The position numbers and the translations under genes are program-made. Of a stretch of 64,000 nt of DNA, positions 25,170 to 36,159 are shown piece after piece (within the stretch, counting starts at the first letter, position 1; the number at the start of each line of letters is the position of its first letter). The notes beneath the pieces were generated by a model. The model saw only the letters and a program-made list of their open reading frames with translations, had not been told where the DNA came from and ran no database searches. The stretch lies in NCBI RefSeq assembly GCF_036321535.1, contig NC_087437.1, positions 61,072,001 through 61,136,000 of the forward strand. The letters run 5' to 3'. Source of the DNA: Camelus dromedarius (taxonomy: Eukaryota).

Positions 25170-26810
25170 AGAGGCTGTACCACTTGAATTCTCACCATCT
25201 ATCTGCGAGAGTTCTAGTTATTCCATGTTCTCAACAATACTTGGGATAGTCCAGCTTTTTAACTAACAATTCCAGTTGGTGTGTAGTAGGATCTTACTTT
25301 GGTTTTAATTTGCATTGCCCTATATTAGTGATGTTGAATGTCTTTTCTTAGTCTTAGTTGTCATCCATATATCTTTTTTGTGTGCGTGTGAGATGTTTTG
25401 TGTGCGTGTGAGATGCCTGTTTAAATCTTTTTCCCATTTTAATTATTATTATTTTTTTTTGGTGGGGGGAGGTAATTAGTTTTACTTATTTATTTATTCT
25501 TAGAGGAAGTACTGGGGATTGAACCCAGGACTTCATGCATGCTAAGCATGTGCTCTACCACTTGAGCTATACCCTCCCCCTTTTTTCCCATTTTAAAAAT
25601 CAAATTGCTTGTCTTCTTATGGTAGAGTTTTAAGAGTTCTTTATGTATTCTGGATACAAGTCCTTTGTCAGATGTATACGTATTCACAGTCACATACATA
25701 TTCATAAAATATATATTGCGAATATTTTCTCCCAGCCTGTGGTTTGTCTCTTCATCTTCTTAATGGTGTCTTTTGAAGAGAAAAAATTTTAATTTTGAAG
25801 TAGTTTAATTTATCACTTTTTATAGGTTGTACGTTTTGTGTTCTATCTAATCAATCTATATCTAAGATTCCAATGATTTTCTCCTTTGTTTTTTTCTAAA
25901 AGTTTTATTAGGTTTAAGTCTATGGTTCATTTCAAGTTAATTACTGAATATGGTTTGTAGCAATAGGCAAAGTATATATTTTTGTTTTGCATATGGATTG
26001 TTCCAGTATCATTTATTGAAGACACTATCCTTTTCCCACTAAAATAACATCTTTTTCAAAAATCATTTGATCATATGCATGCAGATCTATTTCTGAATTC
26101 TCTAGTCTGTTCTAGTTGTCTGTATGTTTGTATACACCATTTCTTCACTGTCTTGATTACTATAGCTTTATAATGTTTTAAAATCACATAATGTAAGTCC
26201 TCCAACTTTGTTCCTTTTTTTTTCAAAATGTTTTGGCTAATCTAGGTCCTTTGCATTTTAATATAAATTAGGATTCAGCTTGTCAATTTCTAAACAAAAC
26301 CCTGCTAGGATTTTGACTGAGATTGCATTGAATCTGTGCTTCGTTTTAGAGAGAACTGACATGTTAATGATATTGAGCCTTTTGATCCATAAACATGGTA
26401 TGTCGCTCTGTTTCTTTAGTTCCTCTTTAACTTTTTCTCAGCAATGGTTTATAATTTTTAGTGTACATGTCTTGCACATAATTTGTTAAATTTGTCCATA
26501 ACTATTTTTATTTATATGCTATTGTAAATTATTTTTTATTTTTATAATTTATTATTGCTTATATATAGAAATACAATAGAATTTTTGTATATTTTTAATT
26601 CAATAAACTTGCTATACTCACTCATTAGTTCTAGTAACTTTTTGATAGATTCCTTACAATGTTCTACACAGATGATCATGTTACCTGTGAATAATGGCAA
26701 TTATTACTTCTTTCTTTCATATCTGTGGCTTTTGCTGCTTTTTATTTTCTTATATTGGGTAAGGCCTCCTGTACAATGCTGAATGGAAGTGGTGACAGTG
26801 GACATCTTTA
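25170..26810 (-). mobile_element. Old L1 in TM4SF19 intron 1, interrupted by a SINE
   Basis: Antisense L1 ORF2/3' motifs. Boundaries approximate. Confidence 0.75.
25443..25581 (-). mobile_element. Vic-1-like tRNA SINE with a perfect TSD
   Basis: Intact A and B boxes. 15-bp TSD TTTTTCCCATTTTAA at 25428-25442 and 25582-25596. Confidence 0.92.
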
Positions 26811-27204
26811 AAATGACATCTTTTAAAGCAAGAAGATGACATCTTTAATATTTAGTTTTTCTGTATCAAATAGAAATAATCTGCTGGTAATAGAGGTGCA
26901 AGCAAATTATGATGGGATGAGGAGAGTGTGCATGTGTGTGTGTGTGTGTGTGCGTGTGAGTGAGTGGAGGTTGGTGGAAAATAGGGTAAATCCAATCCAC
27001 TAGGGAATATTTGTAAGAGGTAGAGTTTTTAAGCGAGTTCCTTGGCTCTTCTTGATCTGACCCTGGGAAATGACAGGGTCTGTTGTCTATTTCCTCTACT
27101 CCACCCTATGCTCCAGGGGTTCCTCTACCCACAGCTCACAGTGTCCACAAAGCTACCATGACCCTCCTTCCATTGGTTCCAGGACTCTATCCTCTCCCCG
27201 CACA

Positions 27205-27384
27205 ATGGCATGCTCACGGACCTGCTCCCGCATCCTGGGGCTGAGCCTTGGGACTACAGCCCTGTTTGCTGCTGCAGCCAACACAGTGCTCCTCTTTCCT
27301 AACTGGGATGTGACCTACCTGTTGAGGGGCCTCATTGGCAGGCATGCCATGCTGGGCTCTGGGCTCTGGGGAGGAGGCCTCATG
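27205..27384 (+). CDS. TM4SF19: Transmembrane 4 L six family member 19, first coding exon (exon begins at 27183): MACSRTCSRILGLSLGTTALF...GLWGGGLM
   Basis: ttccag|G acceptor, strong Kozak ACAATGG, ATG|gtaagt donor. L6-family GLWGGGLM motif. Confidence 0.93.
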
Positions 27385-27780
27385 GTAAGTGTCCGGGTTC
27401 ACTGGGTGTGAACTCCCAAAGTGCCCCTCAGGGGTGGAGCAGTGAGCTCAGGGTGGGGACTGTTTTGATTCCTCATAGAAAAGTTTGAACAAGCTGATCC
27501 TGGGTCTATAGCAGCAGTCTTCTATAGAAGACTCTAGGAAGTCTGGTCAAAGGTTACTGAATTTTGGACTAGGCAGGCTGGGTATGAACATTGTCATCCA
27601 CAGAGTCACATCAAGCTAGTTATCCAAAATTGTCCTGCTAGGCAAAGCCAAACCCTCTGGGAAAGATGGGATAATTAAGTCCATGTGGAGTATCCAACCA
27701 CTCTATTTCAACTGCCATAGATGACAGCTAGAAATGTAAATAACCCTATCTCTTCTTAACCCTCCTCTCTTTTCTCCCAG

Positions 27781-27858
27781 GTCTTCACTGCAGCTACCCT
27801 CATCTCCTTGATGGGCTGGAGATATGGCTGCTTCAGTAAGAGTGGGCCCTGCCGAAGC
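27781..27858 (+). CDS. TM4SF19: TM4SF19 exon 3: VFTAATLISLMGWRYGCFSKSGPCRS
   Basis: cccag| acceptor, |gtaagc donor. 78 nt. Confidence 0.95.
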
Positions 27859-28543
27859 GTAAGCACTTCTAATACCTAAAATGTCCCCACATTCTATTAC
27901 TTTAGAGACAGAACGGTAAAGAGGAAATTTCAGTCTTAGGGTTTGAAGTCAGATCCTGACCATACCCTTCAGAAACTCTAAACTCTTGGGCAAGTTTTCT
28001 CAACTTCAGGTCCTTATCTATAAAAATATGAGTGAACAAGATCAAGTCAAGGGAGTACGTGCTTAATGAACTATAAACGTAAACACAGATGTGAGGTTCT
28101 TATTGTTAGTTTTAGCTTACTGAACAATATGGGTATGAGTCATGTGTCACTGATAGAAAATTTCCTAGCTCCTTTGCTTAATTTTTCTTAGAGCTGGAAG
28201 TTTCTCCAGAGATCATGTAATAACTAGATTCTAGTCTAACCTCTCCATTTTACAGATAATGAAACTGAGGCCCAGAGTAAATTTGCATTTTATTAATTAT
28301 AGCAGCATCTATATATTTGAAAAAAATCTCAGTACATAAATGTATAAACTATATTGCTCATTCAGTCCCAGACACATGAAATTTGTGGCCTCCTTACAGT
28401 AACTCTGCAGCCTGCTTTGATATCTGCAGCCCACATGTTGGGAACCCCACTGATTCAGAATTGTATGTTAAAGAATTAAATAAAAACACCCACACATTTC
28501 ATTCACTCTCTGTTCTCTGTCAACGTCTAGTTTTCCCCTAAGC

Positions 28544-28727
28544 AAGTGGTTCTTAGACTTACGTGGGTGCATCAGAGTCCCTGCAGGGTTTGTTGAAACA
28601 CAGATTGCTGGGCTCCACCCCTAGATTTTCTGACTCAGTAGGTCTGGGGTGGGAAAATTCGCGTTTCTAATTAAGTCTCAAGTGATATGATATTCCTAGG
28701 ACAGGGACCACATTCTGAGTACCACTG
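28544..28727 (+). mobile_element. MER5A-like hAT-Charlie non-autonomous DNA transposon
   Basis: Terminal inverted repeats AGTGGTTCT...GTACCACTG, internal AAACACAGATTGCTGGGC, and a degenerate 8-bp TSD. Confidence 0.85.
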
Positions 28728-29638
28728 TCCTAGGCTTATCTCAGACTAATTCATCTTGAATCTTTTAACTTAGAGTTAATACTTTCTATGCTCGTTTCTG
28801 TGGCCCTTCCCAAGTTCCAAACCAGCTTGACATCAGTGGGAAATGACTCTATGATTCTGTATACTAACTATATATATATATATATATATGTATATGTTTT
28901 ATTTAAATTTTAAAAATATGTGTTCTTTAGGAAGGAGAGAAAAAAATCTAGTATCCTGAGAAAGAAACCAATTTGGAAGTTAGAATCCTGCCAAGAAATA
29001 AACACATTGTTATATTTTGGGAGGGAAGTGGTGTACAGACTAGAAAAGTACAGTGACAGAACTGGAATCATTTCAGAGTTGACTGGAATTTCTCTGTCTC
29101 TCTCTCTTTCTCCCTTCCTCCCTCCCTCCCTTCCTCCCTTCCTTCCTTTCTCCTTTCCCCCATTCTGCTCTTCTTTCTTTTCATGCTTGATTTGAGAAAG
29201 AGAGAAGTCAGGGATGGCAACTTGGAATTTTGGAAAAAATACAGATTTCCCGTAAAAAGTTCAGAGGTGGGCTTGCAATAACAAATCCCACCCTTTAACG
29301 CAGAGGCTGAATGGCTGCAGTCTGTAAAAGTTATTGATGCCAATCTGCTGAGATGCTCAGAAGAGCCTGCTGAATCAGGCTGAGCCTGCTGCCGGGTCCA
29401 GGTGCCAGTGTTTCCTCCTTCTCTGCCCTTCTCTTCATCTCTTCCTGGCTCTACCCAGCCAACCCCTCATCAGCCAACCCTACCCTGGTTCTGCTTTATA
29501 GGAGGTGCTGTGGGTCGGATTATCCCCATGATGGGGGAAAGCCTGAGCACCAGAGAAGTTAGACTTGGCCAGATCGCCCCAACAGTTACTTAGCCACGAT
29601 CCCATCTCAGGCTCACTGTTTCTTCTGTCCATCTGCAG

Positions 29639-29808
29639 ATGCTTACTGTTCTGTTGTCAAGTGGCCTGGCTTTGCTTGGAGCCTTGATTTGCTTTATCAC
29701 TTCTGGAGTAGCTCTGAAAGATGGTCCCTTTTGCATGTTTGATGTCTCATCCTTCAATCAGACACAGGCTTGGAAATATGGTTACCCATTCAAGGACCTG
29801 CATACCAG
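29639..29808 (+). CDS. TM4SF19: TM4SF19 exon 4: MLTVLLSSGLALLGALICFITSGVALKDGPFCMFDVSSFNQTQAWKYGYPFKDLHT(R)
   Basis: tgcag| acceptor, AG|gtaaat donor. 170 nt, with the GPFC motif and an NQT sequon. Confidence 0.96.
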
Positions 29809-30047
29809 GTAAATGGATAGAAATTTGGATTTGCATTCTCTTCAGAGAGAGAAAGACACACCAATGGCCACACATTCTAGCATCTTGCTTCTCTGTTGCT
29901 CAGAAGATTGCAAATGCAGCAACAGTAGTCACTCTCAAAAGTCTAGTGCTACAACCTGAGCTGAGGGACAACCCAGTTTTCTACTGAGGTTGGTGGGGCT
30001 TTTCTTACTTATTCCTCAACCCCTGGTCTCCTTATTTTTGAGGATAG

Positions 30048-30228
30048 GAATTATCTCTATGACCATTCACTCTGGAACTCTGTCTGCCTGGAGCCTTTTA
30101 AAGCTGTTGTTTGGCACGTGTGCTTCTTCTCCGCCCTTCTGTGCATCAGCCTCCTCCAGATTCTCCTGGTGGTCATTCATTTCATCAGCAGCTTCCTGGG
30201 CCTTTTCTGCAGCCTGTGTGGGAAGTGA
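30048..30228 (+). CDS. TM4SF19: TM4SF19 last exon: (R)NYLYDHSLWNSVCLEPFKAVVWH...FLGLFCSLCGK*
   Basis: gatag| acceptor. 181 nt to TGA. Total CDS 609 nt = 202 aa. Confidence 0.95.
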
Positions 30229-30430
30229 CAGGTAATGTCCTCTCATACATGAGTGTTTTCATCATTAGCTGCCTTGAATCCTTTCTGCCAGTAGTGGGTA
30301 TGAGTTATTTACAAACTTCCCTTTTAGGTAATCATGTGGTAATCATAACAATAATAATTTCCTCCATGTGTGTTGAATGATACAATGCATTTTAAGTCAC
30401 ACTGTAAACTGCAAGGTGATATATTAATAG

Positions 30431-30436
30431 AATAAA
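30431..30436 (+). terminator. TM4SF19: Candidate TM4SF19 polyadenylation signal
   Basis: First AATAAA, ~200 nt after the stop codon. Confidence 0.6.
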
Positions 30437-30816
30437 TAATTAAGTCTATTATTGTTTAGGAACTTATAATCCATAAAATGTCCTCCAGTCATGATCTTGT
30501 TTCATCCTCTCAACAGCCTCATGAAATTGACCACACGTTACAGATGAAGTCAAGGCTCCCAGAGAATACTGGACTTGCTGTCTAAAAGCACTCAACTAGG
30601 TTCAGGTAAAGTCAGTACCTGAGCAGCTACCTGCTAAATTCAAGTTCACTAGTCTTTATGGACTGAACTGTGTGCCCTCCAGATTCATAGGTTGGACTCC
30701 AATCCCCAATGTGACTTTGGAGATAGGACCTTTAAGGAGCTAATTAAGGTTAAGTGGAGTCATAAGTGTGGGACCCTAATCTGGTAAGACTGGCATCCTT
30801 ATAAGAAGAGGTTGAG

Positions 30817-31712
30817 AAAACAAGTACAGGAAAAGATGCTCAGCATCACTAATCATCAGGGAAATGCAAATCAAAACCACAGTAAGCTATCATCTTATAC
30901 CTGTTAGAATGGCTATTATCAAAAAGGCAAGAAATAACAGGCAAGAATGCTGGTGAGGATGTGGAGATAATGAAACCCTTGTGCACTGTTGGTGGGAATA
31001 TAAATTGGTGGAACCACTGTGGTAAACAAATGGAGGTTCCTCAAAAAATTAAAAAAGAATACCATATGATCCAGCAATTCCACTTCTGGGTATTTAGCTG
31101 AACAAAACAAAAACACTAATTCTAAAAGGTATCTGTACCCTCACATTCAGCGCAGCATTATTTTCAATAGCTAAGCTATGGAAACAACCTAAGCATCCAT
31201 CAATGGATGAATGGATAAAGAAGATGTGGTATACACACAGACACACACACACACACACAACATGGATGGACCTTGAGGGTGTTATACTAGGTGAAATGAG
31301 TCAGGCAGAGAAAGAAATATCGTATGATCTCGCTTATATGTGGAATTTAAAACAACAAGACTAAGTTCATAGATACAGTGAAGACTGCTGGTTGCCAGAG
31401 GCAGGGGGTGGGGGGGTGAGAGAAATGGGTGAAGGGGGTCAAAAGGCACAAACTTCCAGTTATAAAATAGTTAATTCCTGGGGATGTAATGTACAAATGG
31501 TGACTATAGTTAATAATATTGTATTGTACATTTGAAAGTTGCTAAGAGATCTTAAAAGTCCTTATCACAAGAAAAAGATATTTTGTAACTATATATAGTG
31601 ACAGATGTTATTGTGGTAATCATTTTGCAATAGATACAAATATTGAATCATTATGTTGTACACCTGAAACTAATATAATGTTATATGTCAGTTATACCTC
31701 AAAAAAAAAAAA
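30817..31712 (+). mobile_element. L1MA-type 3' end with poly(A)
   Basis: ATCATCAGGGAAATGCAAATCAAAACCAC...GTTATACCTC followed by an A-run. Confidence 0.85.
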
Positions 31713-32850
31713 GTAGGATGTGTTTCCAGAATAAATAAAAGCATGATTAAGTTTTAGAACATTTATTCACCTATATTAATAGACTTAAAAAGGGAAAATC
31801 CTATGATTTTCTTCATAAATGCTGAAAAGGTATTTGATAAAATTCAACATAAATTCTTGATAAAACTCTTAATAAAATGAGAAAATATGGGTACCTCCTT
31901 GTCTTAATACAACATATGTATCTCAACCCAAAAGTCAGCATCATGCTTAATGAAGGAATACTAGAAACAATTTCATTAGAGTTGCAAATAAGACAATGAC
32001 ACTCACCATCATTATTACCATTTAATATTGTTCTTGAGGTATTAGCCCAAGCAAGTATTCAAAAGGAAATTTATAGATATAAAATTGGAAAGGAGGTAAA
32101 GATATTGTATGCAGGCAATATGATTACACATGTAGAGAACCCAAATTAATTATATTACAAACAAGAGAATTCCATAAGTTGTATGGGTACAAAATAAATA
32201 CATGGAACAAAAAAATCTTCATATACACAAACAAGCAGTTAATAGATATGGAGATTGGGAAATCCCATTTACATTAGAAATAAAGAAGAAAAAAACCTAG
32301 TTAAAATATAACGAGGTAAAATACTTACTGAGGATAACTTTACAATATTGCTGAAGGACATAAAATAAACTTGAACAAACATAACGGCTTATTATGAACT
32401 TGGACAGGAAGAGTTAAACATCATAAAATGTAAATGCCCTTAAGCTAATCTATAAATTTTTTTTCATTTTTGTTCTTATTTATTTTTTGTTTTTTCCTTC
32501 TTTTTTATTTTTAGTTTTTTCTCTTTTCTTGTTATTTTTGTTTATAAATTTAACATGATTAATAAAATCACCAATGAGATTTGGTGGAAAAGGGTATGGA
32601 ATTAGATAAGCTGGTTCTAAAGCTTACATGAGAAATGAACAATCTAAGAGAGCCAGGAGGTAAGGTGGGATTTCTGAAGAAGCAGGCAGTAGGTGGGACT
32701 AACTCTGCTAGATAATAAAACCAAATATAAAGCTACAGTAATTATAACAGTGTGGTACATTAAACGGACAGACAAATTTATGAAACAGACCAGGGAGTCT
32801 AGAGATAGAACTGAATATTTGTGATTATTTACTGCATGCTAATAGAGGGG
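31713..32850 (+). mobile_element. Highly decayed L1 ORF2 (RT region) fragment
   Basis: GCTGAAAAGGTATTTGATAAAATTCAACAT (DAEKAFDKIQH-like) and later ORF2 motifs. Confidence 0.7.
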
Positions 32851-33569
32851 GGTGGGAGACTGAGATACCAGCTCTCTCTCTCCATGGGAGCACAGAGGAA
32901 AAGGCCATGTGAGGACGCAATCAGAAGGTAACCAACTGCAAGCCAGGGAGAGAAGCTTCAGTAGAAACCAAACTTTTTGGCACTTTGATTTTGGATTTCC
33001 TGCCTCAAGAAAATAAATTTCTGTTGTTTAAGCAACCCAGTCTGTGGGATTTTGTTATGGTAGCCTGAGCTGACTAATCCGCCATTGTTCTTTCCATTAG
33101 TGTTCAGTTCAGTTCAATAAGTGGTATATACTGAGGACCCTCGGCACTGCCGTACACTGTGAATTCAGAAATGACCAAGATATGGTCCTTGCCCTTAGAC
33201 CCTGCCCTGTCCTTGAAAAGCTCATGGTCAGGTTAGGGAAACAGATCTACCGATAATTTAAATGTCATATAGTAAGGGCCATGTTAGAGGTCCACACAGG
33301 GTGTAACGAGAGCTCTGAGGAACACGGAACCTCTGAAGAGAAGCCTTCATAAAGGAAGGCTTCAGTTGTATCTGAACTGATTCTAGAAATAGCCCAGCAA
33401 AGAGGGAAGGAAGTGTTTTCCCAGCAGACACTCAGAAGCACAGAGGGGAGGCACAAGAGGGTTTTGCTGGAGAACTGTGATGCCACAGCTGCTTCAATGT
33501 GGAATCTGGAAAGCAGAGAACCTCCCTCTCTCCCACTTGGGGATCTTTGGTCAGGATAGATACTGGGGG

Positions 33570-34029
33570 AATTAATTTTCTTAGTTTTTGAAGCTGGCAA
33601 GCTTATGGTGAAGGTAAGTACAGTGTATATTGCAGGGCACCAAGCAAAGAGAATGGGCAGCTAGTTCTCAAAAGACCCAAATTCCCCAATGGCTTTCAGA
33701 GAGACAGTAGGAGTCAGAGTCACAGGGTGCCTGATCAGCTTCTGGACATTCTTCTGATTGGTTAGTGATGTGGTGATATGGTGAAGTTTCAGGAATCTCA
33801 TTCAACTCTCTGGCTCCAGCCTAGGTCTATGTGTTTGTGATCAGCAGTTTCCACGTGGTGGGGTGCTCCTTTCTGTAAAAATAACTTAAGAAAAGAGGAG
33901 TCCTATAACTACTATTTAAATTATTACTTTTCTTGCTTGACTGCTTTTCCTTTTCTCTTGCTTTTCCATTTTTCTAATCATTAACTGCTTGAGTCTATTC
34001 TTTGGAACTCCAGCCACCTAGAAGACTAA

Positions 34030-34073
<44 letters not shown>

Positions 34074-34125
34074 GTAAGAAGCGGGGAACACAGAGGGTCT
34101 GTCACCAAGAACTCCAGCAAAGTAC
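33570..34125 (-). mobile_element. ERV LTR-like element with a T36 run (34033-34068), next to the DYNLT2B promoter
   Basis: The reverse strand has CCAAT boxes and a CCCTGCAATATA poly(A)-type region. Similar to the fragment at 38317. Boundaries approximate. Confidence 0.6.
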
Positions 34126-34279
34126 AGCTCAGTTCCACCTGCCGCTCACTACCTGTGTATCCTTGGGCCTCTATGGGCCTCAGGTTCCCTGACAACTTCC
34201 TACGGTTGCAGCACGTTAATAAGAGCTGACGCCTGTTGAAGTACTTTGTAAACAAGAGACAAATCAGTCTTTACCTACT

Positions 34280-34514
34280 TATGGTCACTCTGGCTTGGCC
34301 AATTCCGGTCCAGGAGCGGGTGCGCAGGCGCATGGGGGCGTGGGGGGGTGGGGTGGGGTGAGAGCCCCGGAAAAGGGCGGGCCGCACGGCGCAGAGCGCG
34401 CGGCCGCGTCACATCAGGGCCTTGGGCGGCCCTGTCGCCCTGGCGACGGTTTCCCAGATCCGTGCTGCCCCCGCGGGCTAAGCCTTCTTCGCGAGGGTCC
34501 AAGAAGCTTAGGCC
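34280..34514 (+). promoter_or_regulatory. DYNLT2B: DYNLT2B CpG-island promoter and 5' UTR
   Basis: CpG-rich. CCAAT near 34299, NRF1-type TGCGCAGGCGCA 34321-34332, RFX X-box-like GTCGCCCTGGCGAC 34434-34447. Confidence 0.85.
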
Positions 34515-34621
34515 ATGTCGGTCACGGAGTCCTTCTCGGCGGTCGATGGGTTGCCCGATTCTGAGAAGAACCCTGGGGAGTCCGAGAATACCTATATTCT
34601 GCGGCCCATTTTCCAGCAAAG
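34515..34621 (+). CDS. DYNLT2B: Dynein light chain Tctex-type 2B (TCTEX1D2) exon 1: MSVTESFSAVDGLPDSEKNPGESENTYILRPIFQQ(R)
   Basis: GCCATG start, ENTY motif. Frame requires the non-canonical donor AG|gcgggt. Confidence 0.92.
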
Positions 34622-36159
34622 GCGGGTAGCGGACGGGCTGTGGCGTGGGCGACCTGAGAAACTGCCACTTCCTGCGGGAAGAGCTCGCCTACTAACCTGG
34701 GGATAGGGAAGGAGCGCGCTAGGGGCCGGCAGGGTTGGGTGGGGTGGGGCGGGGCGGGGCGCGCTGGAGGGAAGGGGCGGGCGGGGTTAGAGACGGAGGG
34801 GCGGGGCTGGGAGGGAGAGGCGGGACATGGTTAGCGACAGAGGAACAGGGCTGGGATGGAGGAGTGGGGCGGGGTTAGAGGCAGAGGGGTGGGCTGGGGA
34901 GGGAGGGAAGGACTTGGGAGGGAAGGGCGGGGCGGGGATAGGGGAGGAGGGGCGGGCCAGGGAGGCAGCCTGGGCTGGGGGTGGAGGACAATCGAGAGGG
35001 AAGGGGCGGGGCTGGGAAAGGAGGGACTGGCCGGAAGGGGTGGGGCGAGCCGGGAGGGAGGGGCGCTGTCCTCCTTGGGCTTCCTGCTGCAGCGGGTAGC
35101 AGAGCTCGCGACCTGCAGTGGCGGTGTTACCGCGAGAGGAGTGCCTTAGACTAGCGCCTTGGGGATGGTTGACTCTAGAGATCCAGGAAGTGAACACAGA
35201 GGAATTGAGATGAATGGAATAGAGGGGCAGAAATCAAGCGGCTTGCATCAAATGCCACTCAGCCTACGTGTGGCAGAATGCGCTTACTCGTCCTCTACAG
35301 GGCACAGGCCCTGTATGTACATACAGTCTTACCCAGGCAGTGTCCAGAGGCCAGCTACCCCAATACCTTCCCAGAATTAAGGCACACAGTCTAGTGCAGA
35401 GGACAATCAGATAGGGCTGTAGGATCCATCACTAACTTCACTTTCACAAGATTTTAAGAAATTAAATTAATTAAAAAAAGATTTTTCCAAGCTCCTCCTC
35501 TGGTATTTGAAACCAGGTTCCTGAATCAAATGCTGAGCAAGTACTGGAAGCCAGGAACTTTGGTTATAATGCGATAGAAAATTTCATGTAGCAGTTTTCT
35601 AGTGGGTAGAAGGGACATAAAAAAAGATGTGTTCAGTTATCTTGGTTAAAAATTTTAAATACATAGAATACCATTCATTTGTGTTTCTCTTGTAAAACAG
35701 AACAAGATTAACAACAAATACATATTTTGTAGGAATAGTCCTTCGAGATTATTTGTAACTTGTTTGAAGAAAACTTTTAATATTTTACTGAGAGTGGAAA
35801 CAGCTTAAGGGAAGAGCCAGAAATAGTACATTTGTTAACAGGAAGACCACATTTTGAACAGATCAAATCCTGGGAAATTTGTCCATGATGCTGAAGTTCA
35901 CCTGTGAGAATAAGCAGGCAAGAGACCAAAGAAAATACTGTTAAAAAATAATAAGGGACCACTAGTACTACCAAATATTAAACCACATTATAAGCTCACA
36001 ACTTTAAACATTCTGGTAACTTGGCACGTGATAGACAAATCAACCTATAGAATATATAGTCCAGAAAAGGAACCTAGTGTTTTAATATGTAATAAGTACA
36101 ACTAAAAAGCTAGTAGTAGTGTTAGGGTGGTGAAATTTGGGGAGACTTTTTTAGTCTGT

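Larger units (their letters stand above)
30655..33080 (+). mobile_element. MLT1A-like MaLR LTR, split into ~30655-30816 and ~32860-33080 by a 2-kb insert
   Basis: The 5' half ends CCTTATAAGAAGAGG. The 3' half has GGCCATGTGAGGAC...AAATAAATTTCTGTTGTTTAAGC...GACTAAT. Confidence 0.8.

Noticed and set aside
25376..25415. 20-bp tandem duplication (and a 16-bp one at 50351-50382)
   Set aside because: Ordinary slippage duplications in intronic or L1 DNA.
27070..27204. N-terminal extension of TM4SF19 from ATG 27070
   Set aside because: Lies upstream of the acceptor at 27182/27183, so it is intronic when exon 1 is used.
34275..35197. Several overlapping 90-136 aa ORFs on both strands
   Set aside because: Expected in stop-poor GC-rich island sequence; only 34515-34621 fits the gene.
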